From Pristiophorus japonicus (taxonomy: Eukaryota), in contig NC_091997.1 in NCBI RefSeq assembly GCF_044704955.1, positions 69,750,001 through 69,814,000 of the forward strand: 64,000 nucleotides of DNA, given 5' to 3'. Positions 14,812 through 25,700 of this stretch are shown here, piece by piece. The notes beneath the pieces are model-generated. The model ran no database searches. It was not told the DNA's origin and was given only the letters and a program-made list of their open reading frames with translations. Numbering within the stretch: the stretch's first letter is position 1; the number at the start of each line of letters is the position of its first letter. The position numbers and the translations under genes are program-made.

Positions 14812-15716
14812 CTAGAGGAGGATGCCAAGAGGCTGCAGGGTGACTTGGACAGGTTAGGTGAGTGGGCAAATGCATGGCAGATGCAGTATAATGTAGATAA
14901 ATGTGAGGTTATCCACTTTGGTGGCAAAAACAGGAAGGCAGATTATTATCTGAGTGGTGACAGATTAGGAAAAAGGGAGGTGCAACGAGACCTGGGTGTC
15001 ATGGTACATCAGCCATTGAAAGTAGGCATGCAGGTACAGCAGGCAGTAAAGAAAGCAAAAGGCATATTGGCCATCATTGCGAGAGGATTTGAGTATAGGA
15101 ACAGGGAGGTCTTGCTGCAGTTGTAGAGGGCCTTGGTGAGGCCACACATTAAATATTGTGTACAGTTTTGGTCTCCTAATCAGAGGAAGGACATTCTTGC
15201 TATTGAGGGAGTGCAGCGAAGGTTCACCAGACTGATTCCCAGGATGGCAGAACTGACATATGAAGAAAGACTGGATCAACTAGGCTTATATTCACAGGAA
15301 TTTAAAAGAATGAGAGGGGATCTGATAGAAGCGTATAAAATTCTGACAGGATTGGACAGGTTAGATGCAGGAAGAACGTTCCCGATGTTGGGGAAGTCCA
15401 GAACCAGGGGTCACAGTCTAAGAATAAGCCATTTAGAATAAGCCGAGATGAGGAGAAACTTTTTCACCCAGAGAATTGTGAACCTGTGGAATTCTCTACC
15501 ACAGAAAGTTGTTGAGCCCAGTTCATTGGATATATTCAAAAGGGAGTTAGATGTGGCCCTTACGGCTAAAGGGATCGGGAGGTGGGGGGGGGCGGTATGG
15601 AGAGAAAGCAAGAATGGGATACTGAAGTTGCATGATCGGCCATGATCATATTGAATGGTGGTGCAGACTCAAAGATCCGAATGGCCTGCTCCTGCACCTA
15701 TTTTCTAATGTTTCTT
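14812..15716 (+). mobile_element. CR1 LINE 3' fragment, flanked by further CR1 pieces (14553-14800 minus; 15770-15975 plus)
   Basis: RLQGDLDRLGEWANAWQMQYNVDKC...LWNSLP peptides. Confidence 0.92.
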
Positions 15717-16229
15717 GTCTACTCAATCTTTCCACACGAGAGAGAGTCTGATAAATCAATTGTGACAATTGACCTATGGAATTCTCTGCCCCAGAGAGCT
15801 GTGGAGGCTGGGTCATTGAATATATTTAAGGTGGAGATCGACAGACTTTTGAGCAGTAAGGGAAATAAAAGGTTACGGGAAGTGGAGTTGAGTCCATGAT
15901 CAGATCAGCCATGATCTTATTGAATGGCGGAGCAGGTTCGAGGGACCAAATGGCCCACTCTTATTTCTTATGTTATGATTCTTCTAATCAGATTAACAAT
16001 GGATTTAAACAAATAACTGAAACCTAGTTTGGGTGTGGGCAACAATTTAAAACCCTTGTGACTTGACGCCTTCTGTTGACCTTTCTTCAAGGAAGGAGCT
16101 GCACCTGCTTCAAAACCCTCAGCCCAAACCCTGCCAGAAAAAAAACTTTTCAAACACATATTTATTTTGCCGACCATCTAAAAAGCAGAATGTTGCACTT
16201 TCTGCTGACTTTTGGGGCGCTGAAGGCAC

Positions 16230-16990
16230 AAAGTTACGCCCAGCAAACAGGGGCGTAAGCACGCAGCGCCAACCGAACTTGTTCAACCGTCCCCTCTCGG
16301 GGCTTTACCCCGCCCCCCTGCTCGGCGCTGATTGGCCGGGGAGGCGCATCCCGGCTCCGCTATTGGCCAAGCCGGCACGTCAATCACCCCCCCACCCCCC
16401 ACACCTTCCCTTCCCCACTCCCAGCCACCCCAGCAGGTTAGGCTGCCTCAAGACTTTTCGGCAGCTTGGGGCCCACCCGAATTATTTGTTTACTTTTTTT
16501 TCCCCACCACATACTTCTTCAATTTAATTACCTGAAAGGGATTTATATCCACCGGGTCCGCGAAGGGGTTGGCGTCGAATTCCGACATCTTTGTTGGATT
16601 TTATTCCTTTCCCTTTTTTCCTGCTTCACCCCGTCGCCGCGAAAGTTTTGTTTTTTTTTTCCGCCGGACAGCTTCGCTTTCGGCCGCTCGCGCTCAACTT
16701 CCTTGTGCCCGCCTGGCCCGAGACTGCGGAACTGCGCACGCGTGAACAGCCGCCCGGCGTTGTGATCTCACAATGGGGGCGGGACCCTTGACGCGCTTAC
16801 AATCCCCCGTGGCCGACTCAAGACCGCGCGCAAAAAAAACGTGACTGCTGCTAACGACCGGAAGCTGCTGCCACCATAACGCTTCTCGGTTCGTTGGCAG
16901 CAGTCGCGTCCTTTAACAAATACTCCACTGGCAATTGCCCAATTAAAAAGTCAAGCACGTGCCCCGCTCCCCCCCCGCACCACCAATAAA
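16230..16990 (-). promoter_or_regulatory. SCAMP2 CpG island / promoter
   Basis: High CpG density; NRF1-like TGCGCACGCG (16733-16742), ETS CCGGAAG (~16858), E-box CACGTG (~16956), CCAAT boxes. Confidence 0.75.
16532..16588 (-). CDS. SCAMP2: SCAMP2 coding exon 1 (MSEFDANPFADPVDINPFQ)
   Basis: Minus-strand ATG at 16588, 57 nt, two NPF motifs, CAG|GTAA donor, within a CpG island. Closely matches the SCAMP2 N-terminus as recalled (human MSAFDTNPFADPVDVNPFQ); head-to-head with MPI as in human. Confidence 0.93.
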
Positions 16991-17042
16991 ATCTGTAAAT
17001 GAACGAAATTTTAGCTAAGACTTAACCAGTCAGAAGTTAACA

Positions 17043-18210
17043 AAGAAAATAGGTGCAGGAGTCGGCCATTCGGCCCTTCGAGCCTGCACCACCATTCAAT
17101 ATGATCATGGCTGATCATGCAGCTTCAGTACCCCATTCCTGCTTTCTCTCCATACCCCTTGATCCCTTTAGCCATAAGGGCCACGTCTAACTCCCTTTTG
17201 AATATATCTAACGAACTGGCCTCAACCACTTTCTGTGGTAGAGAATTCCACAGGTTCACAATTCTCTGAGTGAAGAAGTTTCTCCTCATCTCAGTCCTAA
17301 ATGGCTTACCCCTTATCCTTAGACTGTGACCCCTGGTTCTGGACTTCCTCAACATCGTGAACATTCTTCCTGCACCTAACTTGTCCAATCCTGTCGGAAT
17401 TTTATATGATCCCATGAGATCGCCTCTCATTCTTCTAAATTCCAGTGACTATAAGCCTTGTCGTTACAGTCTTTCTTTATATGTCAGTGCTGCCATCCCG
17501 GAAATCAGTCTGGTGAACCTTCGCTGCACTCCCTCAATACTAAGAATGTAATTCCTCAGATTAGGAGATCAAAACTGTACACAATATTCAAGGTGTGGCC
17601 TCACCAAGGCCCTGTACAACTGCAGCAAGACCTCCCTGTTCCTACACTCAAATCCCCTAGCTATGCAGGCCAACATGCCATTTGCCTTCTTCACCGCCTG
17701 CATGCCAACTTTCAATGACTGATGTACCATGACCCGCAGGTCTCGTTGCACCTCCCCTGTTCCTAATCTGTCACCATTCAGATAATAATCTGCCTCCCTG
17801 TTTTTGCCACCAAAGTGAAGAACCTCACATTTATCTACATTATACTGCCATGCATTTGCCCACTCGCCTAATCTGTCCAAATCACCCTGCAGCCTCTTAG
17901 CATCCTCCTCACAGCTCGCACTGCCACCCAGCTTAATGTCATCTGCAAACTTGGAGATATTACATTCAATTCCTTCGTCCAAATCATTAATGTATATTGT
18001 AAATAGCTGGGGGCCCAGCACTGAACTTTGCAGTACCCCACTAGTCACTGCCTGCCATTCTGAAAAGGATCTGTTTATCCCAACTCTCTGCTTTCTTTCT
18101 GCCAACCAGTTTTCTATCCACGCGAATACATTAACCCCAATAGCACGTGCTTTAATTTTGCACATTAATCTCTTGTGTGGGATGTAATTGGGATTTTGCA
18201 CACTAATCTC
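17043..18210 (-). mobile_element. CR1 LINE 3' ~1.15 kb in the SCAMP2 upstream region
   Basis: RT peptide VLGPQLFTIYINDLD...KFADD and C-terminal motifs. Confidence 0.93.
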
Positions 18211-18275
18211 TACTGGCAATTGCCCAATTAAAAAGTCAAGCACGTGCTCCCCCCCCGCTTTTTAAAGGGGTACCA

Positions 18276-18634
18276 TGATAGAGTATTCAAACAGGCTCAT
18301 TTAGACAGACTGTGAAAATTCACAGACCCCCAAGTCAAGGCTGTTACATGCAGTTCGGCATGTTGCATTAACTCATCAATCAACTTGACATTTTCGGACC
18401 TTGGGTAGCGAGCCAATAAAACGTTAAAAGACTTTCAATTGAGCCAATAAGGTCAAAGAAGGCGAGTTCTTTTCTGTAAATTGATCCAGGCATAAATACA
18501 GCCATTTTGACCATGTGTCTCAGTAAGAACAAAGACTTGGCTTGAAGCAAAGAAGTTTATTGCTCTCTGCCAGTATTAAAAAGTTAAAACTACCATCGGA
18601 GTTCGTATTTCATTGGAAATTAAGAGATCTAACA
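18276..18634 (+). mobile_element. Solo LTR, 359 bp
   Basis: TG...CA ends (TGATAG / CTAACA), 5-bp TSD TACCA on both sides, two CCAAT boxes, TATA-like CATAAATA, ATTAAA. Confidence 0.85.
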
Positions 18635-18939
18635 TACCACCAATAAAATCTGTCAATTAACAAAATTTTAGTTAAAACTTAACCAGTCGGAAGTTAACAT
18701 TTGGTTTCTGGGTTGGCTAATGATGCACTCCAGTCCCTCCGGTGTCCACCGGTCGCGTCCGTGCAACTTTGGCCAACTCAAGACAGGAAGAAGAAAAGAA
18801 AATGTTTTGGCCGGGGGCAGGCACCTGCCTCGCAAGCATGTGGGGATGGTCCCATCCAGCCTGATTGGATGTGGGAAAAAAAAACACCATTCATGGCTCC
18901 CCCTTTGCTCCTTGCCTCTGAATCAGAAGGTTACGCGAA

Positions 18940-19072
18940 ACCTCCTCTTAGGACTTCTCCTGGGCCTGGCCAAGGTGGCCATCAACAGGTCCAAGCAGCG
19001 GGCGGTCAAGGGGGTTGTTCGTCCCAACTGCCTGACTCTCTTCCGTGGCTACTTCCCCACCCGGGTGGTGTC
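18940..19072 (+). mobile_element. Tx1/L1-clade LINE ORF2 C-terminal remnant
   Basis: Peptide LLLGLLLGLAKVAINRSKQRAV..CLTLFRGY resembles Tx1-type ORF2 ends. Confidence 0.55.
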
Positions 19073-19599
19073 GTCTTTCGGATGAACCATTAAACCGAGA
19101 TCCCTGAGGTGGACATAAAAGATCCCTTGGCACTATTTTGAAGAAGAGCAGGGCGATTCTCCCCGGTGTTTTGGTTCCAATATTTATCCCTCAATCAACA
19201 TCACTAAAACAGATTATCGAGTATTATCGCCTTGCTAATTTGGGGAGCTTGCTGTGCCCAAATTGGCTGCACTGTTTCCTACATTACAACAGTGACTACA
19301 TTTGAAAAAAAAAGTACTTAATTGGCTGTGAAGCGCTTTGGGACATCTGGTGGTGGTGAAAGGCGCTATATAAATGTAAGTCTTTCTTGGCACCTTCCCA
19401 TAGGAACAGGAATAGGCCATTTAGCCCCTCGAGCCTGTTCCGCCATTCAATCAAATCATGGCTGATCTGTGACCTAGCTCCACATACCCGCCTTTGGCCC
19501 ATATCCCTTCTGACCTTTGGGGAATAGAAATCAATCAATCTCAGATTTAAAATGAACAATTGACCCAGCATCAACTGTTGTTGTGAGCGCAGTAGATGG

Positions 19600-19840
19600 A
19601 AGATCTGGCCATTCCCCTCACACACTACCATCCAGAGTTCCATACTCCTACCACGTGTGACAGTGATTTAACTATACTTCCTCTATCCTAGTATACTGTA
19701 TTTGCTGCTCACGATGTGATCTCCTCTATATTGGGGAGACCAAATGTAGATTAGGTGATCACTTTGCTGAACACCTTCATTCTGTTCACAAGCGCGACCC
19801 TGAGCTCCTTGTTGCTTGACACTTTAATTCTCCTCACTCA
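19600..19840 (+). mobile_element. Penelope-like element, GIY-YIG endonuclease remnant
   Basis: From 19688 reads LVYCICCSRCDLLYIGETKCRLGDHFAEHLHSV...VA*HFNS, the Penelope GIY-YIG pattern, with a stop. Confidence 0.85.
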
Positions 19841-20699
19841 GTCACCCAACCTGCTGAGACACCAGCGAGTTCACAAGTGACTGCAGGTGTTGGATTCTGC
19901 TGTTGTTGCTGCTGTTATTCACATCCTACATAATCGTGTTCATTCAATTAGTTGCCGTTTGTTTCTGCTGATGTTAATAACCCTTCAACGATGCTGGAGT
20001 TTAATATTTTTATATTTCAAATAACAGTGTGTCGATATTTGATGTCTCCAAGATAAGAGGAGACTAACTGATGTCTTGTTACTGACTGCTCCATTTTTGA
20101 TTGGGACAGAGGAGCGTTGAGAGATCGGGGCGGAAGAGTGGTGAGAGATCAGGGCCCAGGAGAGGCAAGGGTTCGGGGCCCAGAAGAGGTGAGGGCCCAG
20201 GGGCAGCACGGGCCAGCCCACACTGCGATCTATGGACAGTAGCAGCTTGTGTGCACACTAGGTCCGTGCAGCAGAGCTTGGTCTCCAGTCGTCTTGGTTA
20301 ACCCTTGCCACTGGATCAAAACCTAGCTCTGTAAGATTTATCATATAAGAGAACTCTAGCAAATTTGTCAAACATGATTTCCCTTTCAGAAAACCATGCT
20401 GACTCTGCTTGATTGAATCATGCTTTTCCAAATGTCCTGCTACTGCACACTAAGTCTGTGCAGCAGAGCTGGTCTCCAGTCCAGTTAATTCTTACCACTG
20501 GACAAAGACCTAGCTCTGTCAAGCCCATGTGGTGGCTGGTGTGCAACGTTAAAAGAATCCATGCACAGGTATCTTCCATCCTTCAGTAAGTAGTTCTGGA
20601 CCTAGAATGTCAGGTCCCTCATTGAAACATCTGTGAACTCATCCCTTTTTGGTGTGGAAGCAAGTCATCCTCGATACGAGGGACTGCCTGATACTAATA

Positions 20700-20835
20700 C
20701 TACACCATCCCGCTTCCAGTCTGACCTCTCTGTCTTTGACCTACTGTAGTGTTCCAGTGAAGCTCGGGAAACAGCGTCTCATCTTTATTCTGGGCACTTT
20801 GCAGCCACGTGGCATTAACATTGACTTTACAACTT
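20700..20835 (+). mobile_element. Penelope-like ORF C-terminus (likely continuation of the 19.6-19.8 kb remnant)
   Basis: QRLIFILGTLQPRGINIDF matches the Penelope terminal motif (LxTLxPxGLN type). Confidence 0.75.
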
Positions 20836-21439
20836 CATGCCATTTCCCCTCTGACAGTCGGTGTTGATAGGTGTAACAACACTTCCAGGTATAGGGGCGG
20901 GAGCGGGTGCATGCTAGGGGTGGGGATTTCACATTGGTACACTGCCCCCGCTGTAGGCCTTAGGCCCCGAACAACAAGCTTTGGCTCCAGCCTTTGCCCC
21001 GAGCGGGGCCCCCGGGGGAGGGGCAGCTGCAGGACTTTCTCCCGGTGACAGGCCGGGGAACGGCCGCCATCTTGCTGGGGCAGGGGCAGCAGGGCGCATG
21101 CGCGGCCTTTCCCCGGGCCAGGAATCAGGAGGAGACTTGCTGAGTGTTTTCAGCATTTTCTGTTTTTGGTTCAAATTTCCAGCAACTACAGTAGTATTTT
21201 TGCTCTTTCCAATAATAGGCTGGCTCACTTGTTTCGGAGTTTGCAGGGTCAAACTGCACTCCAGAACTTGAGCACATAAGCAAAGTTGACATTTCAGTGC
21301 AGTACCTTTTTTGATGACATGTATACTGTGGCGAGGTATTGTCTTTCAGATGAGAAGTTATATCAAGAGGCTGTCTGTCTGTTCAGGTGGACATTAAAGC
21401 TACTAGTTACAGAAAAACAGAGAGTTCTCTTCATTAATA

Positions 21440-21594
21440 ATAAAAACAGAAAATGCTGGAAATACCCAGCAGGTCATGCAGCATCTGCGGAGAGAGAAAC
21501 AGAGTTAACTTTTCAGGTCGATGACCTTTCGTCAGAACTTCTGTCGAAAGGCCATCGACCTGAAATGTTAACTCTGTTTCTCTCTCCACAGATG
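21440..21594. mobile_element. Penelope-terminal-derived inverted-repeat unit with hammerhead-like motifs
   Basis: 56-bp arms (21482-21537 and 21539-21594, 4 mismatches), each with a CTGACGA..GAAA-like core. Confidence 0.7.
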
Positions 21595-21769
21595 GTCATT
21601 TAATTTTGTGGTACTTTGCTATGCATAAATTGGCTGCCATGCTTGCATAGATAACAAATGTGACACTTCAAATGTAGCTCATTGGAGGTGCAGTGCCTTC
21701 GGAAGTGTTGAGGATCTGATTAAGTACTATATTAAGTTTTACTATATACTTATACTTATATACATATGC

Positions 21770-22300
21770 AGCATCGGAGCAGGCCAGGGAGCAGAAGGAG
21801 CAGCGTGGCGGTGTACCACTCCAGGGAGCAGCACGTGCTGGAGCAGGAGAGCAATGGCAGTGAAAAGGGACGTCACCAAGGTCCAGGTCGGTGATTGGAG
21901 CGTGGGCAGGTACAGCAGGAGCGGCGAGGTTGGGGCGAAGCAGTGGCGAGAGATTGTAGAGGGACGTGATTGGGGCCCAGGAGAAGCGCGAGTTCGGGGC
22001 CCAGAAGAGGCGAGGGCCCAAGGGGAGCACGGGCCAGCCCACACTGCGATATGTGTGTGCGCTATGCCCGTGCAGCAGAGCAGGTCTCCAGTCGTCTTGG
22101 TTAATCCTTGCCACTGGACCAAGACCTGGCTCTGTCAAGCCCGTGTGGTGGCTGGTGTGCAACGGCCACCACACGTTAAAAAAATCCACGCACAGGCATC
22201 TTCCACCCTTCAAGATTTAGTTCTGGAATTTTAGGTCCATCATTGAAACTCCTGTGAAAGCAAGTCAGCCTCGATTCGAGGGACCGCCTATGATGATGAT
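21770..22300 (+). mobile_element. Non-coding retroposon with RTE-type 3' tail; other copies at 20100-20330, 20445-20695 and 33385-33790 (minus)
   Basis: Four similar copies; those retaining the 3' end finish in GCAAGTCA(T/G)CCTCG...AGGGAC(T/C)GCC plus a (TGA)n-like tail, as the RTE remnants do. Confidence 0.75.
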
Positions 22301-22459
22301 ACTATTGTGAGTTTTTCTTTCAACGATATTAATTTAGGAACGGCCAAAATCAAAAGCCTATTGTTCATGGACAGTTATAGAGGACCTCCAATCCAAAGAA
22401 TCTTATAAGGAAGCACGAACAACTTCAAACTGAGTTTTCATCCATGGCCAAGCCCCTCT

Positions 22460-22700
22460 TTGAACAGAAAACTACAACTCCCGGCAGGCTCCGCGGGCAC
22501 GCACAACACGGACACCACGGGGAGCTTGCGTAACGGCGATGACGTCAGACGCAAAGGTACGTGCACCTGAGCGGCGTGATGGCGGCGGTGGGAGGTGAGT
22601 TGGAACTTGTTGGCTGCACTGGAGAGAAGCAGGAGATGGCGCCGGTCACCGAGTGAGGGGGATGGACGGGTGGGCACCGGGCAATGGGGTGCGGCAATCG
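22460..22700 (+). promoter_or_regulatory. MPI promoter: ZNF143/THAP11 motif, CRE, C/EBP-PAR-like site
   Basis: ACTACAACTCCCGGCAGGC at 22471-22489, TTGCGTAA at 22526-22533, perfect CRE TGACGTCA at 22540-22547; CpG-rich. Confidence 0.75.
22579..22594 (+). CDS. MPI: MPI coding exon 1 (MAAVG + G of split Val codon)
   Basis: ATG GCG GCG GTG GGA G|GTGAGT in a CpG-rich promoter; 16 coding nt, phase 1, joins exon 2 in frame. Confidence 0.85.
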
Positions 22701-22764
22701 CTGGAGAGACTCCTGACCTCTGACCGGTCACTTCAAGGATGCTGCTCCCCTCTCCCACCCAACC

Positions 22765-25700
22765 CCTCCCTCACCCCCACCCCCACCCCCCACTTCAACA
22801 CCACCCCCCAACACCACTCCACCCCCGCCTCCCACCCACTCCACCCCCGCCTCCACCTCCGCCCCCACTTCTCCACCCCCACCCCACCCCCCCCTTCTCC
22901 ACCCCCCACCCCACTCCCCCCTTCTCCACCCCCCACCCCACTCCCCCCTTCTCCACCCCCCACCCCACTCCCCCCTTCTCCACCCCCCACCCCACTCCCC
23001 CCTTCTCCACCCCCCACCCCACTCCCCCCTTCTCCACCCCCCACCCCGCTCCCCCCTTCTCCACCCCCCACCCCGCTCCCCCCTTCTCCACCCCCCACCC
23101 CGCTCCCCCCTTCTCCACCCCCCACCCCGCTCCCCCCTTCTCCACCCCCCACCCCGCTCCCCCCTTCTCCACCCCCCACCCCCCTTCTCCACCCCCCACC
23201 CCCCTTCTCCACCCCCCACCCCGCTCCCCCCTTCTCCACCCCCCACCCCGCTCCCCCCTTCTCCACCCCCCACCCCGCTCCCCCCTTCTCCACCCCCCAC
23301 CCCGCTCCCCCCTTCTCCACCCCCCACCCCGCTCCCCCCTTCTCCACCCCCCACCCCGCTCCCCCCTTCTCCACCCCCCACCCCGCTCCCCCCTTCTCCA
23401 CCCCCCACCCCGCTCCCCCCTTCTCCACCCCCCACCCCGCTCCCCCCTTCTCCACCCCCCACCCCGCTCCCCCCTTCTCCACCCCCCACCCCGCTCCCCC
23501 CTTCTCCACCCCCCACCCCGCTCCCCCCTTCTCCACCCCCCACCCCGCTCCCCCCTTCTCCACCCCGCTCCCCCCTTCTCCACCCCGCTCCCCCCTTCTC
23601 CACCCCGCTCCCCCCTTCTCCACCCCGCTCCCCCCTTCTCCACCCCCCACCCCGCTCCCCCCTTCTCCACCCCCCACCCCGCTCCCCCCTTCTCCACCCC
23701 CCACCCCGCTCCCCCCTTCTCCACCCCCCACCCCGCTCCCCCCTTCTCCACCCCCCACCCCGCTCCCCCCTTCTCCACCCCCCACCCCGCTCCCCCCTTC
23801 TCCACCCCCCACCCCGCTCCCGCCTTCTCCACCCCCCACCCCGCTCCCGCCTTCTCCACCCCCCACCCCGCTCCCGCCTTCTCCACCCCCCACCCCGCTC
23901 CCCCCACCCCACCCCACTCCCCCCTTCTCCGTCCCCCCTTCTCCGTCCCACCCCCGCCCCCCCTTCTCCACCCCCCACCCCCCCTTCTCCACCCCCCACC
24001 CCCCCTTCTCCACCCCCCACCCCCTTCCCCACTCCCCCCACCCCACTCCCCCCACCCCACTCCCCCCACCCCACTCCCCCCACCCCGCTCCCCCCTTCTC
24101 CACCCCGCTCCCCCCTTCTCCACCCCCCACCCCGCTCCCCCCTTCTCCACCCCCCACCCAGCTCCCCCCTTCTCCACCCCCCACCCCGCTCCCCCCTTCT
24201 CCACCCCCCACCCCGCTCCCCCCTTCTCCACCCCCCACCCCGCTCCCCCCTTCTCCACCCCCCACCCCGCTCCCCCCTTCTCCACCCCCCACCCCGCTCC
24301 CCCCTTCTCCACCCCCCACCCCGCTCCCCCCTTCTCCACCCCGCTCCCCCCTTCTCCACCCCGCTCCCCCCTTCTCCACCCCGCTCCCCCCTTCTCCACC
24401 CCGCTCCCCCCTTCTCCACCCCGCTCCCCCCTTCTCCACCCCGCTCCCCCCTTCTCCACCCCGCTCCCCCCTTCTCCACCCCGCTCCCCCCTTCTCCACC
24501 CCCCACCCCGCTCCCCCCTTCTCCACCCCCCACCCCGCTCCCCCCTTCTCCACCCCCCACCCCGCTCCCCCCTTCTCCACCCCCCACCCCGCTCCCCCCT
24601 TCTCCACCCCCCACCCCGCTCCCCCCTTCTCCACCCCCCACCCCGCTCCCGCCTTCTCCACCCCCCACCCCGCTCCCGCCTTCTCCACCCCCCACCCCGC
24701 TCCCGCCTTCTCCACCCCCCACCCCGCTCCCCCCACCCCACCCCACTCCCCCCTTCTCCGTCCCCCCTTCTCCGTCCCACCCCCGCCCCCCCTTCTCCAC
24801 CCCCCACCCCCCCTTCTCCACCCCCCACCCCCCCTTCTCCACCCCCCACCCCCCCTTCTCCACCCCCCACCCCCCCTTCTCCACCCCCCACCCCCTTCCC
24901 CACTCCCCCCACCCCACTCCCCCCACCCCACTCCCCCCACCCCACTCCCCCCACCCCACTCCCCCCACCCCACTCCCCCCTTCTCCACCCCCCACCCCAC
25001 TCCCCCCTTCTCCACCCCCCACCCCACTTCCCCCTTCTCCACCCCCCTGACCGGTCACTTCAAGGATGCTGCTCCCCTCTCCCACCCAACCGCTCCCTCT
25101 CCACCCTCACCCTTCACCCCCACTCCACCCTCACCCTTCCCCCCCACTCCACCCTCACCCTTCACCCCCACTCCACCCTCACCCTTCCCCCCCCCACTCC
25201 ACCCTCACCCTTCCCCCCCCCCACTCCACCCTCACCCTTCCCCCCACTCCACCCTCACCCTTCCCCCCCCACTCCACCCTCACCCTTCCCCCCCACTCCA
25301 CCCTCACCCTTCCCCCCCCACTCCACCCTCACCCTTCCCCCCCCACTCCACCCTCACCCTTCCCCCCCCACTCCACCCTCACCCTTCCCCCCCCACTCCA
25401 CCCTCACCCTTCCCCCCCCACTCCACCCTCACCCTTCCCCCCCCACTCCACCCTCACCCTCCCCCCCCCCACTCCACCCTCACCCTCCCCCCCCCACTCC
25501 ACCCTCACCCTCCCCCCCCCCACTCCACCCTCACCCTCCCCCCCCCACTCCACCCTCACCCTCCCCCCCCACTCCACCCTCACCCTCCACCCTCACCCTC
25601 CCCCCCACTCCACCCTCACCCTCCCCCCCCCACTCCACCCTCACCCTCCCCCCCCCACTCCACCCTCACCCTTCCCCCCCCCACTCCACCCTCACCCTTC

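Noticed and set aside
16588-22579. Single shared bidirectional promoter for SCAMP2 and MPI
   Set aside because: The start codons are ~6 kb apart with separate CpG-rich promoters and transposon-filled sequence between them.
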